Counted from the stretch's first letter, positions 39,717-53,676 are shown. The stretch is DNA of 64,000 bases from Epiperipatus broadwayi (GCA_028023455.1 JAQFVV010000004.1:4960001-5024000), one strand, 5' to 3'. Program-made: numbers and translations. The notes: generated by a model not told the origin, from the letters alone.

Positions 39717-40980
39717 TATATATAGTCAATAGTTTTGAAGAAAGCTATAATAATGGAGACATATTGAATTAGAGATTCATTTACTATTATATCCAATAAA
39801 ATATTTTTTTCAAAATTGTTATGTATTCAGTTGAACTTAACAATAGCAATGAAATAACCAAAAAAAAAAAAAAACATAAAGATTAGTCCTTGAATTTTTG
39901 CTTTTTACATTTATTTTCAATATTATACCTTTACAAAATATCTATTCTGTTTATAGTAGTTTTTTAAATTAATAAGTTGTAACATTACTTTGTGATATAT
40001 AAAATGAGCTTTGAAAATAAATGAAAATATTAAATTATTTTACTAGTACTTATTCAAAAGCATCTTCTGTTGTCATGTAAAGTAAGATCTTGTCTATTCA
40101 AAGGTTTGTCAGTGTTTGTACTACAAATACTTGGGTGTGTGTGTGTGATCATTATCTTATTTTTTATACCTTATTGTCTTCATTGCAATTGATAGAGTAG
40201 TGGACCCAAGAAATAAAGATCTATGGATCCAAATCAATCCATTATTTCCAGTAGTTAAACATCATGTAACATTCCAAGTGACAATCCATTTGATTATCTT
40301 TGTCATATAATCTAGTGGAATAGTAGAGTGAGGAATTTCAAATCAAAACTTAATTTATTATTTTCTGTGTAAACATCATTTAATCTCCTAAGCAACAAAC
40401 CAATATTTTTTGTGAGATAGCAATGGTAGACTGATGGACTTAAAAGCTCAAGTCCACTGATTCAAAACTCTATCATTTTCAATTATCAATTGTCTAAGAT
40501 CTCCTAATGATAAATTATTTGATTATTCTGCCCTTTCACTTTGATGAAGAGGTATGGTAATAGACTTAAGAGGTAACAGTGCCCAGATATCATTTTGACT
40601 CTGCACTCCCATTGCTCAAACGTTCCATGACTTTCTGAGAATGAATTATTCAACAGCTTAGTATGTAGGGTTTAGTTCAGTGATAGAGTGACAGACAATT
40701 TGGCATCAAAACTCACTTTGTTACTATTGGTTATTTAATCATCACATGACTTTCCAAGCAATGAATAATTCTGCTATACATTTAATTAAACAAAATGTCT
40801 GATCCCAATTTACCTTTGTGTAATAAAGTCCTCTGTAATAAAGTCCTTATCTTCAAGAAAACGATGACAGAGGAAGATTTATTGGGTAGTAATCTTCAGC
40901 ATGATCTTACGTTAGGCAATACAATCAATAATTGATTTGTTTTGGAATTGGATTTGGAACAAAAACTTTATTTGCAATAT

Positions 40981-41011
40981 GTGCTGGTTCAGCACGAAGT
41001 GCATCTTGGGG
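40981..41011 (+). repeat. Isolated 3' half of a family-A2 hammerhead
   Basis: GTGCTG-GTT-CAGCAC (perfect stem II)-GAA-GTGCA-TC-TTGGGG; the CTGATGA part is missing. Confidence 0.6.
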
Positions 41012-41260
41012 ATTATTTGTCCTTTATTGTATTTTTATTTATATGAAATTATTTATGAAATAAAAAAGAATGGAGAAATATGGAAGTTGTTTATCTATAA
41101 AAAAATATGAATATAGTTTATGCATTGCTATTTTGGAATCCCTCTATTCTCACAAATATAAAAAGATATAGAAAAATAGATTGTTTATAAAAATAATAAT
41201 AATAAAGTTGATATAATTTTTAAATACAAGTATAGAATATATACTTAAGTTAGTTGTAAT

Positions 41261-41658
41261 TAGAGGGGATTTGAACTCAGACTTTCCCTTCAGTTATCCA
41301 TTCTATCTTATACAACTAATTACACATGTCCACATGGGTATGACAATAAAATAACCAAACAAGAGTTTTGTACCTGCCATCATCAGATTTTCAATGATAT
41401 AAATGGGTAAAGAGTTGGGGAGTAAAGAAGATTGAAGCCTGTTTATTAAAGTTTGAAGATTTGTTTTCTTAATATAAACCAAGCACTGATTATACATATG
41501 TGTGAGAGATTATGATCCAGACCAACTGATGACTGCCAGTTCAGCATAAATATATATGTTGGAGATCTTTTTTTTTATATGTGGTAGTGTAATTGGTTGT
41601 ATCAGATTGAGTGGATGACTGAAGGAAGATTGAAAAGTTTGTGTTCAGATCGCTCTAC
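41261..41658 (+). mobile_element. HHR family-A1 element with an inverted copy of its 3' end at the 5' side; decayed HHR at 41522-41562
   Basis: 41261-41325 is an inverted copy of 41583-41658; ACCAA-CTGATGA-CTGCCAGTTCAGCAT-AAA-TATATA-TG-TTGG. Confidence 0.8.
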
Positions 41659-42449
41659 GTAAATATAATAGTAACATCAGTTATAATAATGATGGAAAAA
41701 CAGATGAGAAATGATAGTAATAAACATAAATGTATATAATTTCTTTTAAATTCGAGTACATGGATTATGAAAACTAATGTGAACCAGACCTAAAACAGCG
41801 TTTACATTTAAGGAACTGTTACTGATTTCTGATCTTGTTGTTGGTTAGTGTCCCTCCTGTAAACTCTTGTTAATATTCTGCTATTGTCTTTGTTCATTGG
41901 TCAAAAGTTTTATTCATTTGTTCAGCTGTGTGCAGAAGCAGTAAATCTATGATACAGATTTTGCTTCACTGTCTGACAACATGACTAGCAATAAGATGGG
42001 GTTCAAACTAATTCTTACACATGCTTGGGTTATCAGAGAGTCAGCATGCAGATACACATAACTCTTCCCAGCCTCCTATAATAATTTTAAATATGTATTT
42101 ATACATATAAGGTGTATAAAATTAATTATAGTTTAAATTCCTTAAACATAAGAGTCATGTATGTGTGTTTATGTATAGCGAATACTTATATGTTATATAA
42201 AATATTATTATTACATTAAGCTGGGGATAGCCCTTAACCTATTGGATATATTCCCTAGTCCATGTATGTTGCTGGCTGAGGCAAATCTTGCTCTTTTTTA
42301 TGGCTAAATAGTTTTTTAAGAGTATTACAGGCTTTGTTACATGCCTATGTAAGTTTGTATATATGCCGGCAAGTAGAGTGCGGGATTTGACATTGTAATT
42401 TTCCTATGTAATTCCTCAGCCAAAACTAGTAGTATTATTAGAAGGATAT

Positions 42450-44560
42450 TTGTGGTTAATGTGTTCTATATTAAACAATAGTATGTTTATGAAAGCTTTG
42501 TATCTCTGTGCAGGGCTGAGCTGCATATCTTTGATCTCATGAAGCATTATATATGTTTCTGAGAAGATGAATTCTGGGGTGGAGATAGAGAGAAGTATTC
42601 TAATGGTCCATCCCAGTGGAGTTATAGTTGTTTGAACTTGGGTTAAATTGCTTGACAAAGTTTGTGCAGGGTGGTTGGAAAAGTTTAGGCAACATTGGTG
42701 TGTATAAGCAGAGATCAATCAGTTAGACATGATGATTATTATGGAATGTGATCATATCATTTGATAAGAAGCCTTCAGCACTCATGAGTGGTAGTAATAT
42801 CTGATGTAGTCATTTGGTTATGAAGTGTTGGTACTTTATGTTTAAATCACCATTAGTATGGTAATATATAAGGTTGTTGTAAAAAGTTTATGGTATTATT
42901 TTTGAGATTATAGCAAGACCTGGTAGTACATATGTAAATATGATGTTGAGCATAGATATGGGATGATGAAAAGTTACAATTAACAAGTTTGTGTCAATAT
43001 AAATAATTTTAAATGTGAATGAACAGCCTGTGGTTATAAAAGTATGCCAGTGCTCCCTGAGGGTCATAATGTTTTCCTAGAGAAGGTACAGAAACTTTCT
43101 CTGTTCAGGTATGCAGCAGGATTGATCTCTGATCCACTGTAAATTTTTGTTTCTGGAAGTGTTCAGATGTGTGATTGTGCAATGTTAGTCTATTGCTTTA
43201 AGTGGTTTATCTTTGTGCTTGAATTTATTCTACAAATATTAAATGCACTTCAGTTTCATAGTGATTGTGAGGTGTGGTTTTGGTTGTTGTGGCATATTTG
43301 TTGTAATGCTTCTGTGTGCATATTGTCTTGGTGTACATACATTATTAAATTGTATATAGGTGAGGCCCATGTGCATGGTGTATTCTGGGAAGCTGATGAT
43401 GATTAATGTGCTGCTATCCTCTTCTGTTTTAGTTCTCTTCGATGTCTTATTGTTTTAGGGTGACCTGGCATTCTTTGGGTTTCTGTTGATGGTGGCTCAA
43501 TGGGAAACACAAGGAATGTCTCCATGATGTGAATGGATATTTTGTTTATAATAATATGTGGATTGGCTGATTTGGTAGTGTTACTTATTTCATTGTTAGT
43601 GCTTTGATAGGATTCTGATATTGTAAGGAAAATGGCAGCTTGAGTATGTTTTATTTCTTGTGTTATCTGAATTGTTTATTATATGGTCTACATTGTGAGT
43701 GCTTTGATCAGTAGAGGAGATATTTTCAATGTGTACACTTTGATTAGCTGAATAGATCTTCTGTGATGCACTAGAATGGTGATTAGCATGGATTTCATCA
43801 TGAGAGTTGTTTGTGATTGTGACTCCTGTCTGGTGAAGCATTGGGTGGCAAGGTGTTCATGTTGCCCATGTGAGTAACACTGTGACTTCAGGTCTCTTAT
43901 ACAGAGTCAAAGCATGGGTTCTTGATCCCCAATCTGTGTTAGTATATTATTTGAATCTAGGTTAGTATTAAGTTGTCCTTGTGATATATTGTTTGGAAAG
44001 GTATGACTTTGTCAAATGACTCCATCACCTTCTGGATATCTTGGATAGTGCATCCAAGGTATGTGTTTTTAAATACCCCGGTAAACAGTTTGACAATCTG
44101 GATCAACTGTAATAAGAGCATAGTTGCCTATGGTCTTGATTTCAGTCTTGAAGCATTTTATTTTGTTCTCATAGAAAAATTGTTGGATGTTCAGCAATTT
44201 GCAAAACTGTATCCCAAAGTTTGTCACAGATATGTTGGAGTGGGATGGAAAAAAAAGTCTCTTGAAGGAATGGGCAAAGGCTTCTTGAGTTGGTATTATT
44301 AAACTTGTGATTGATGACCTCGAGTCAACTGCATGGAGGCGACCTTGACTCTCTTGGATTTTCAAATCAAATTCTCTGATATCTTTTATATTAATTTTTC
44401 TAAATCTTTGTATAGTTTTATATTAGCTACGGTTAAATCTTTTTTGATATTTCCTGATTGTAAATTATTTTTAATGTCATTTGCATACGATTTATTATTG
44501 TTTAAAGCTGGTATTTTGGCATTATCCACTTGATCAGCTGACTGGATAATCACTATCTTT
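42450..44560 (-). pseudogene. Decayed I/Jockey-group LINE 5' half: gag-like ORF1 with CCHC knuckle plus APE endonuclease
   Basis: Minus strand: VYRGI.K..../TIQDIQKVME (ORF1-like); QCYSHGQHEHLATQC at 43838-43882 with C-X2-(C>H)-X4-H-X4-C spacing; HI*TLPETKI (cf. QETKL) near 43160; NIIFTYVLPG (cf. IYIPP); GDLN at 42840-42851. Confidence 0.6.
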
Positions 44561-46174
44561 AGTAGTTTTTATGTTGAACAATTAATTACTTGCTAGCAGG
44601 ATTACCGAGGACTATTTGCCTATTTATTTTTTATATCCAAAGTGAATGAGAAATAAATATTAATTTTTTGGATTTTTTAAATTCATAAATATTTATTATT
44701 ATTTTTATATAAAATTTTAATGTTGGGATTATTTAATCCACATGTTATATATGTGCAATAAATTATACTATTAATACATTGCATATATATATAAACATGT
44801 AAATAATATTACTAATCTTACTTTTACACATGCTTTCTAGAGGGTTTTTTATATTTTAAATTGCAGGTCACTCAAGTAATAATAACTCTGAATAAGAAGA
44901 CTTGGTAAATAAAAGAAATAGATACATAGATGTGCAAAAGAGAATTCATTTTATTGATGTAAAAAGGGATAATTCACTAGCATTCAGACTTTCTTCTTGA
45001 CATGTTGAGTTTAATGAATTAGAAAGCTAATCTGATAGTGATGAAAAACAAGGGTAAATAGAACGTGAAAAAACATTTAGCACACATTTGCACCAAAAAA
45101 TTAATAGCTTACCATTATTACAAGAATTAAGCATATTTTAAATTTTTATTAGGATATGAAAGGAATTAAATATTAATCTATATAACACATTTTACAAATA
45201 TCTTTCTTGAATTATATCATGTTTTGATAAAATCGTTAAAATATTTTCAGAAAGAATTTTATGGAATATTTAGATAGAAAGATTAAAAAAAATAGGCTTC
45301 CATATTTTGATATTCCAGTATATAGCATTACTAGTATTATTCTCATTTTTCTTCAAACACATTACACTAATATTGGATAGCATAGTATTTATTTGTTTTA
45401 ATAGTGTTCATTTTTCTCTTTGTTGGGTTTTATTTTAAATAATGTCCAGTATTAATGAATATAAAATATTAGAGCCTTAGTATTATGCCAAAATTATATT
45501 AGCATTGTGAATATTTAAAATACATTTAATTTCATTTTTGGAAATTCTTGATATCTAAATGTGTTATTACATATCAAATCTAGTAATTAACAGAAAAGGA
45601 CCCCTTTCGTTGGTAAAAAAAGAATTATTAGCATTAACTATTATAAAACTATTCTTATGGGAATTATATCATATGATTTTATATTTATTTCAATTATATT
45701 TAACTAAAATTTATAATTTTTATATTTAACTATTGATTTGGTATTTCCCAATATTAGTACAAATGAGTCGTTAGTGGCTGTGAATTAGGAAAATAAAACA
45801 AAGCCAAAATTACATTGTCATCACGAACATTTGAAATACAATTTCATTCTGATAAATTGTTGGCATCCTAATTTGTTAATACGTCTAATAAAGAGGACCC
45901 CCTTTTTTGGCAAAAAATGATTTGGATAATGATACTTGCAAGATTTTACTATGCTGCTTATATGTAGATTATATCATATGATATAGTATTTATTTCAAAT
46001 ATATATCTAATATTATTGTCAATTTTCAAATGTGAATAAGACATTTTTATTATGCTGTGCTACCTATTAAACATTAACAATATTATGCCTATAGAAATTT
46101 AGTCTTTATCGACCATGATTTGATCTAAATCTTATTTTCCTGAATCAATCGATTATAATGAGCAAAATTTCCCC

Positions 46175-46370
46175 TGTATCTTCAAATAATGATATCTAGA
46201 ATAAATTGTTCTAAGGAATTGTCAAGAAATATCAAACATCCATCAATTATGATCAAGAAATATCACTTGGATTGTATCTTCAAATAATGATATCTAGAAT
46301 AAATTGTTCTAAGGAATTGTCAAGAAATATCAAACATCCATCAATTATGATCAAGAAATATCACTTGGAT
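46175..46370. repeat. Perfect tandem duplication, 2 x 98 bp
   Basis: TGTATCTTCAAATAATG...TATCACTTGGAT repeated head-to-tail with no visible mismatch. Confidence 0.95.
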
Positions 46371-46679
46371 TTACTATTATATTGCTACTTTTACTTGAAG
46401 CAATCTTTAATTTTAGAATTTGGCAGGTCTGTCAAATAGTGGGAAATGTTGCTTCCGTAATGTTCCCATTATTATTACTTTTTTGCATAAGAATAGTTTA
46501 ATACACATTTACTGATCAAAATTTGGATAATTAACCAGATTGACTATAGTCAGACTGTGTGAAAAGAAAAGTACCCTGATTGGAATCTTAAGAAAACAAT
46601 GCTTTTTTTTTTATCCAATCAAGATCAAACATAAGTAATGGGTATGAAGACACAAATATTAATCCCTAATCCATATTGT

Positions 46680-49650
46680 TATTATCATAATCATTTTCAG
46701 ACATTTATCAATCCATTTCAGAGTGAAGCTTTCTCCAAATCTAATTCTGTTTCTCAGATCCATAGTCTTTTTCTCCACATCACACGTGCAAATTTCCTAT
46801 TTCATTTACCTTTGTCATATATGATCTTTTTCTAGATCATTTACTGTTTCTTGGAATTCAGTTTAAGACTTCAATTGTTCATCTATTATCTTTTATTAAT
46901 ATGTTCAATCCTGATCTCTTTCAATCTCTTAAATTACTGAATGGTGTTAATGGTGTATTTGTGTTCTCACAATCATATATTTCACTTTTGATTTCTTATT
47001 ATTATTCCTAACATCTTTTCATGTTTTGTTAAATATGAGAAGTTTCTATATCAATTATCTGTTAAATGTCCAAGTCTCATGTTCATATATAAGAAATGGT
47101 AAAATATATCTATTAAAAATATTTCTTTTCAAATATATAAACATATATCCTTATTCTATTATTAATTTCATTTATTATATTTTCATATGTAATCAGATTT
47201 AACCATATTATTTTTAGTTGTTAATTTTTTTTCTAGGACATAATTACCGAATTTCATCGTCTGAAAAAATCCATTAAACATTAATCTTTTTAGCATCATC
47301 TTCAATCCTACTTTATTATTTTTATTTAATAATAATTGCAATATTTCTTGAAACCCTAAAACAACCATATCCTCTGACAAATATAAATGATTTAAATAAT
47401 CTCCATGTATTTTTATTTCCTTATCTTTTCATTTTAATCCAGAAAATATATTTGGCAAAAAAATATGGAATAACTCTATCATACCCTCATCAATTCTTAA
47501 TCTTCCAAGATACACCATGTAATTTAATCACTGATATTGCGTCTTCAAAATATGTCAATATCCTGGATCTATTTTTGGTAATTCAAAGCTTTAATCATTG
47601 CAAAAATATTCTTATAAAAGCAAATTATTTTTCACACTCTATAAATTCAAAGCATAATGGAAACATTCTTTTGATGATTTCTTTTAATACTTATTCTGCT
47701 CTAATCACTTTTAAATAAAACGTCATTTTAATTAATATGAGTTCAAAGTTCGCTGTAAACAAGTTATAATTATTTGATGTAGAAGTAATAAAAAACTGAT
47801 AAGTTGGTAATTTCTAATATCTTTTTTAAATATTAATATCACTATTGTATTCTTCCAATCATTTGGAACATAATTTCATTATCATTTAAACATTTGGTAC
47901 ATAATTTTGCCAACAATTTTTCTATTTCTTCACCTGCTTTTGTTAAGATATCAAGAATATTTCCATCACTTTCTGGAGATTTTTATTCCTTCTTAGATTT
48001 AATTGCAGGCCTCATCTCTTTATTTAAAATATTTGCCAGTCCACAAATGTAGTAATTGTAGAGGTGCTTTGGGGTTTTTTTTTGTTCTTTATTATTATAT
48101 ACTTTTTTTTTGTAGAACTCTAACATACTACACCTATTATCTCACTATTTAGTAATAGTTTAATCTTTCCTTTTGTTGCTGAAATAATTTATCTTATAAT
48201 ATCAAAATATTGTAATTGTAGGGAATACTTTGTTTTATTGTTCTTTATTATTATATATAATTCTTTGTAGAACTCTTCTGCACATTAGATGCCCTCTTTT
48301 CAACAATAGTTACATCTTTTCTTCTTATTTCTGAAACAATGTTTTTTTTATACCAAGATACCAAAATGTTTGTATTTTTGGGATCTTTATTCTTTTCTAC
48401 AGTTTTTCTTGCTAACTCACAATTATATTTTCATATGTTATTATTAACTTATTTTCATATCATTTTACAAAATTCCAGATATTTCTTTTTTTAAAATAGT
48501 TTGTATTTTTTCTTTTCTTGATTTTTTATTGTTTCATTTGATAATTTACTAATGAATTGCTGTTTTTGTATCATCTATTTATTTTTTTTTAATGTGTCAA
48601 AGTGTCAGCCGGGAAGCGAACCCGGGACAACTGCTTGTAAGGCGGCTGTGCTAACCACTCAGTCACCAACGCTTGACTACCATCTATTTTTGCTGCAGTT
48701 TTTAGTAGATTATCAGCAATTTTTTTTATTTATCTTAGTAAAATCTGAATTAATTTGGAATATGTTAATATTTCTAAACAATTTACTAAGTCTAATTTGA
48801 ATTTATTAGAGAGTTTTTGAAGGTTAGAAATATTAATTGTTAGTATGATACTATTTCTTACATTTCTATAATTAGTAATAACCATCTGTGTCTAATTTAT
48901 TAAAAATATTATAATTTTAAAATATATATTTTCTAATAGTCAAATATAATCCAATTCCACTATATCTTTATTTGAATGCTTCCATGTTTATTTCAGTTTA
49001 GTATTTTTCTCAAAGAAAAATATATATTTTTTTAAAAAAATCCATGATTCTTGTGTTCACTCTCACTTTGTCACCATCATCAAATTTAGGTGCAGTACTC
49101 TCATTTTTTTTAATTATTCTCCAATTCTAGCATTAAAGTCTCTCATAAAAATTTTTGGAATAATCAAAAGCATTTTGTACGTCTATATAAATCCTCCAGT
49201 TTTTCATCACAATGAGAACTTAGCACATAAACTTGAATTATTTGCACTTAATATAAATTGAGTAATTAGCTTTGCCATTCTGGTTATTATACCATCAATC
49301 TCTACAATGTTGATTTTCCACTTTTTATTTATAATGAACCCATGCTCCTTGTACTTCCAATACTTATGTCTCTCTAATAAAGTATAAGTCTGCCTTTTTT
49401 TAATCAACTGTCTCTTCATCTTTTCTTCCAGTTCATAAAGTCAAACAATGTCCTGTTTAGTATACATTAATTTTTTTCCCAATTTGTGAATTCTTTTTTC
49501 ACTTCAAAGTGATCTACAATTACAAGTGCCTTTACAATCTAAAGATTTTTAGTATTGCTGTCTTCAATTACCAACTACTGTATTGGCTATGTTTTTGATT
49601 TTCCTTAATTTTGGATATGATTTTAAATATCTAAAAAATATTATTTATCC
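46680..49650 (-). mobile_element. Older, heavily decayed full-length relative of the 25.2-28.15 kb RTE LINE
   Basis: Colinear similarity along the whole length (e.g. TCTTGGAATTCAGTTTAAGACTTCAATTGTTCATCTATTATC vs TCTTGGAATCCAGTTTAAAATTTCAATTGTCCATCTATTATC; ATTCTAGCATTAAAGTCTC in both; ORF 49207-49419 GFIINKKWKINIVEID). Confidence 0.85.
48582..48677 (-). mobile_element. tRNA-Gly-derived SINE (best-preserved tRNA fold, anticodon TAC) inserted in the RTE relic
   Basis: Minus strand GTCAA-GCGTTGG-TGACTGAGTGGTTAGCACA-GCCGC-CTTACAA-GCAGT-TGTC-CCGGG-TTCGCTT-CCCGG-CTGACAC-TTTGACAC-polyA; CATCTATTT on both flanks. Confidence 0.85.
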
Positions 49651-49789
49651 ATACAAAACTTCTGTTAAGAATTATCAAGCAATTGAGAAAAATGATTGTA
49701 GTTTTTCTCAATCTTAAACTCTGATCTAAAAAGTCAGTAAATTCACTGTACTGTCTGGTGCGTGTTAATAAGAACTCCTCCTTGTTCAC

Positions 49790-50030
49790 TTACCAAGTGA
49801 ATAATCACATAAAACCAAAGCACATGCAGATACTCACTCAATCTTCTTCAAACACTTCTCCACAATCAGACATGTCTTCAAGCCACCCACTTCAATGTCA
49901 TCTGCACAGTGCAATGATGCCAAACATAAAATCAAAGAACCAAGTTACATTTCAAAGGATAAACACACTTATTAACAAAAGAGAGTCCTGCATTCCTGTT
50001 CCAAAAAAAATGGCCTATCCAACCTACATA
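49790..50030 (-). pseudogene. Possible decayed LINE RT core fragment
   Basis: Minus strand GMQDSLLLISVFIL ... HCADDIEV...EKCLKKIE, resembling the 'GVPQGSxLSxxLF' and 'YADD' motifs. Confidence 0.35.
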
Positions 50031-50509
50031 AATTTAAAAGCCAATATTATATAAATTAGCCTGCACCCAATATATGAATATACCCCACACTCCCATTACA
50101 ATTACTGCTACATTTATGACTTTTCTAAGTTGAAAGCATGCTATGCACATTATGCTTAATTATTGTTACTAGAGCTTTGCTCTATATGTACATATTTATT
50201 ACATTTCTTTAAAACTAAAACATTGAAATTTATAATTACAATTATAGTAATAATAGCAGCAATGACAGGAATACATGGTAGGGCAGAAAAATGTGTCTAC
50301 TCTTGTTTGCTTTAAAATAACATTGGCCAGCATATAAATGAATGTGCCAAACACAAACATTGAGGGATTAAATTTTCTACATCAGATCTCTGATTATAAA
50401 AATAAAAAGCCTATATTTTGTAAAATAATACTTTCATCAAAAAATGATTTTTGTTATTATCTAAAATTGATAAATATTGAACACATGATAAAGATATGTA
50501 TCAGAGATT

Positions 50510-50570
50510 GTGACCTGAACTAACTGATGATGGCTGATTCACCTCAAAATGCATCTTGGGGGTCATGTGA
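50510..50570 (+). ncRNA. Decayed family-A2 hammerhead
   Basis: GACCTGAACTAA-CTGATGA-TGGCTGATTCACCTC-AAAA-TGCA-TC-TTGGGGGTC. Confidence 0.55.
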
Positions 50571-51734
50571 TTCAAGAACTTGGGTAAAAAAGAGGTTATT
50601 AGTACATCTATACCATATGGGTATATTAAAAATTGAACCTCTATAATTAATAAAGTGGATTTTTGTTCACTCTAAAAATGAATGTTTGGCATTTGTTTAA
50701 TCTTGAGATAGCTAGTTCAGAGTGAAACTGCAATAGTTTTTAATTTTCATTTTGCAATTAGTGTTCTTACATTTAGTGATTTGTGCTTTGTTAATCTGTT
50801 GCGAGCCTTGCAGCTTTGTTCTTTGCAAGCATTATTCAGTACTTGTGAGTTTTCAAGTAAACTAAGATGGTAGACCATATTTTTGATAAATCTACAGTTT
50901 TAGGAACTCCCAGAAAATATTTACTAAAAAATGCCTGCTAGGAAATGTCATATTTAATATTTACATTTTATTTTTTATTACTGTTATCTAAAAAAAAGAA
51001 ATCATTGTGGAAAATTAATTACAATATTTACAGGTTTTTTTTTTTTTTGGGGGGGGGTGATGTTAATTTCTTCACAAAAAATAATGTAAATACAATATTT
51101 ACATTTTATTCATGTCAGTGGCATGCAATCATATCGTTACCATTAAGGCACAATTTTTGGGAGGGCAGGATCCCATATCTTTGGGAATAGTCCACTGCAT
51201 CATGTTCTATGACAGGAAGGTCTCAAGTTTTTAATCATGCTGACAAAAAAAAACATGCTGAATTTAACAAAGTATGACAATGTTGAGTTCATTTCATCAT
51301 TTCCCACATTATAATATAAGTAAAAAATTAAATAAAGCTTCTTAATCAAATTTACTGGAATTTATACCCTTTTTTAAATTTAACAATCAATTTATTGATT
51401 TTGTTTTAATTTAACAACTAACACATCTTCAGTAGATTATAGGTCCTTGAAACTGTACATTTAACAAAAATATGTGGTGTCATGTTGGATTACTTAACAA
51501 CTCACAAGCACCTATTAATTTCATCCATAAACTTGATAAAAAACAAACTGAGATATATGTCTGAGTTTTTAAAATGCTTAAATGATCTCTGCTTTCATGA
51601 ACAAACTTTAATTTCAAATAATAAAAGTCAGATGAAAGCAAAACAAACTCAGAAATGGCATTTGATAGGAGATTGAAATCCAAAGATTTTAATATATTGT
51701 TTTTTCAGTGATGAAATTAGAAAATAACCTAGGA

Positions 51735-51885
51735 TAATGGATGTAAGTGCTAGATATAATTAAATGCACAACCTTCTGGTATCTATTGATTACTATAGCT
51801 TGCACTAGGTGGCATTACTGTATGAAAAAGCTACTACTGTTTCAACAGCTTGTGTAAGCATTAAAAAAGGAGATAATATGATATC
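51735..51885 (+). mobile_element. Old family-B 3' fragment (downstream of the HHR, to the tail)
   Basis: ATGCACAACCTTCTGGTATCTATTGATTACTATAGCTTGCACTAGGTGGCATTACTGTATG matches the family-B consensus. Confidence 0.65.
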
Positions 51886-52389
51886 TTAAATTTTTTATTT
51901 AGTGCATTATTGTATATGAAAAAAGAACAATTGTTTACCTACATTGGCATGATTTATAATTTAAAAAAATGAATAATAATGCAAAAATTATAGAGCACAT
52001 ATGAATTCATGCATGGAAAACTTAGCACATGCATAATAAAAATTTTTATCACATCAACTTTAAGGTTTCAAAAAGAAATTAAAGAGTGTTCTTTTAGTTA
52101 ACTTTTTTTACAATCCTATTTGTTATACATTGAAATGGTATATTCCTGACCCCATATACGTTTCACCTATTTTTCCCCATAACTCCATTCGTGCCATATT
52201 TAAAATCTCTATGAGTATATATATATCAACATAGTTATATATGTATCATCACACATATATAAGTGAATAAATGACTGTAATATCATAGGATTTTGTTACA
52301 TGAATGTACAAATCTGACCATTATAATATATATTATTTTCTTCTTCTTCCTTTACTTATGTATTGATTTCTATTTTTACATATCGTAAG

Positions 52390-53041
52390 ATTTACAATTT
52401 TCTTAAACACTTCAACAATACTCTTTTTATATCAAAACTTTATTTTTACAGTTTTGACTTTCCTGCAGTCATCGTCAGAGCTACAATATCCAAATACTTA
52501 ATTATACAATTAATACATAATATACACATATTTATATATATATAATTAAAATATACAAATAAAGCATACATTTTAACTTGATCATTATAAATAATCAGTT
52601 TCCAATTTATTACATTACTCTTAATTAATTTTATCCACATTTATTTTATAAAAATAAGAAAAGGTTAAAAGTTGATTAAAAATATAAATAAAAAGACAAT
52701 AATAAAATAATATGCATTAAATAGTAGAATGAAAAGTTAAAGTTTTTTAAAATTAAAATTATAATAAATAGTTTTTAAAATAAAATAATATAAAATAAAT
52801 GTGGATAAAATTAAGAGCAATGTAATAAAACGGAAAATGATTATTTATAATGGTCAAGTTAAAATGTATGTTTTATTTGGTATTTTAATTATATATATGT
52901 GTGTGTATAAAATATATTAATTGTATAGTTATATATTTGGATATTGTAGCTCTGATGATGACTGCAGGATAGTCGAAACTGTAAGAATAAAGTTTTGATA
53001 TAAAAAATAGTATTATTGAAATGTTTAAGAAAGTTATAAAT
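52390..53041. mobile_element. HHR family-C fold-back, ~255-bp arms and ~140-bp A-rich spacer
   Basis: Arms 52390-52649 and 52790-53041 inverted; each holds a CTGA(T/C)GA-T-GACT-GCAGGA(T/A)-AGTC-(G/A)AAAC-T-GTA motif (52445-52480 minus; 52950-52985 plus). Confidence 0.85.
52950..52985 (+). ncRNA. PLE-type hammerhead motif (family C), core intact, stem I very short
   Basis: CT-CTGATGA-T-GACT-GCAGGAT-AGTC-GAAAC-T-GTA/AG: perfect 4-bp stem II, extra U after A9, only 2 bp of stem I. Confidence 0.6.
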
Positions 53042-53676
53042 GGTATGTTATATATATATTAACATACTATATAACTGTTTAAATAGTAATTGCGGTTAAA
53101 AGTAAATAATATTAATTCCCATTTTGCATTCACAATATTTGTCCCAAGAAAGCGGTCATCTTCCTTATTTAGTTTTCTTTGATTATAAATATTGTTAAAT
53201 GCTAAGTGGGAGTGGGCATTATTTACTAGAACAGCAATTACTATTTAAATGATTACATAGAAGGTCATACATATATTCACGTTGTCATTCATTCCTTTTA
53301 CATATATGTATATTAGACAAAAAAAACTATATAATATTCAAAATACCAATGGAATACATGCCATAAGCTGGCTATAACTATAATTTATTTTTATATATTG
53401 GTATTTTAAATATTGTAGAATTTATTCCCGAGGTTTTTGTTAATATGTAAACATACTTTGCCTGGAATCTAGAATTTAAATTTGATTAGAACTTATTGTT
53501 TTTCAGGTAACTGAACATTTTTAAATATGCTTAGAATTTTTTTCAAATAATTTTTGATTGGTAAAGAGTTTGTAACTATTTTCTAAACTATACTGTAAAA
53601 CGATGAAGGATAATCGTAAATCCTCATAACCCAAAATTTGGACAGCATGATTAACAGGACTTTGATGTACTATGAT

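Noticed and set aside
40420-40480. tRNA-like relic (GATAGCAATGGTAGA...TGGAC-TTAAAAGCTCAA-GTCCA...TTCAAAACTCTATC)
   Set aside because: No proper cloverleaf; single copy; cannot distinguish from chance.
48605-48672. Functional tRNA-Val(TAC) gene
   Set aside because: Mismatches in the acceptor and anticodon stems, no A discriminator, poly-A tail and TSD indicate a SINE copy.
49788-50030. Minus-strand exon ending at a perfect G/GTAAGT donor (49794)
   Set aside because: All frames contain stops; better explained as a decayed RT fragment.
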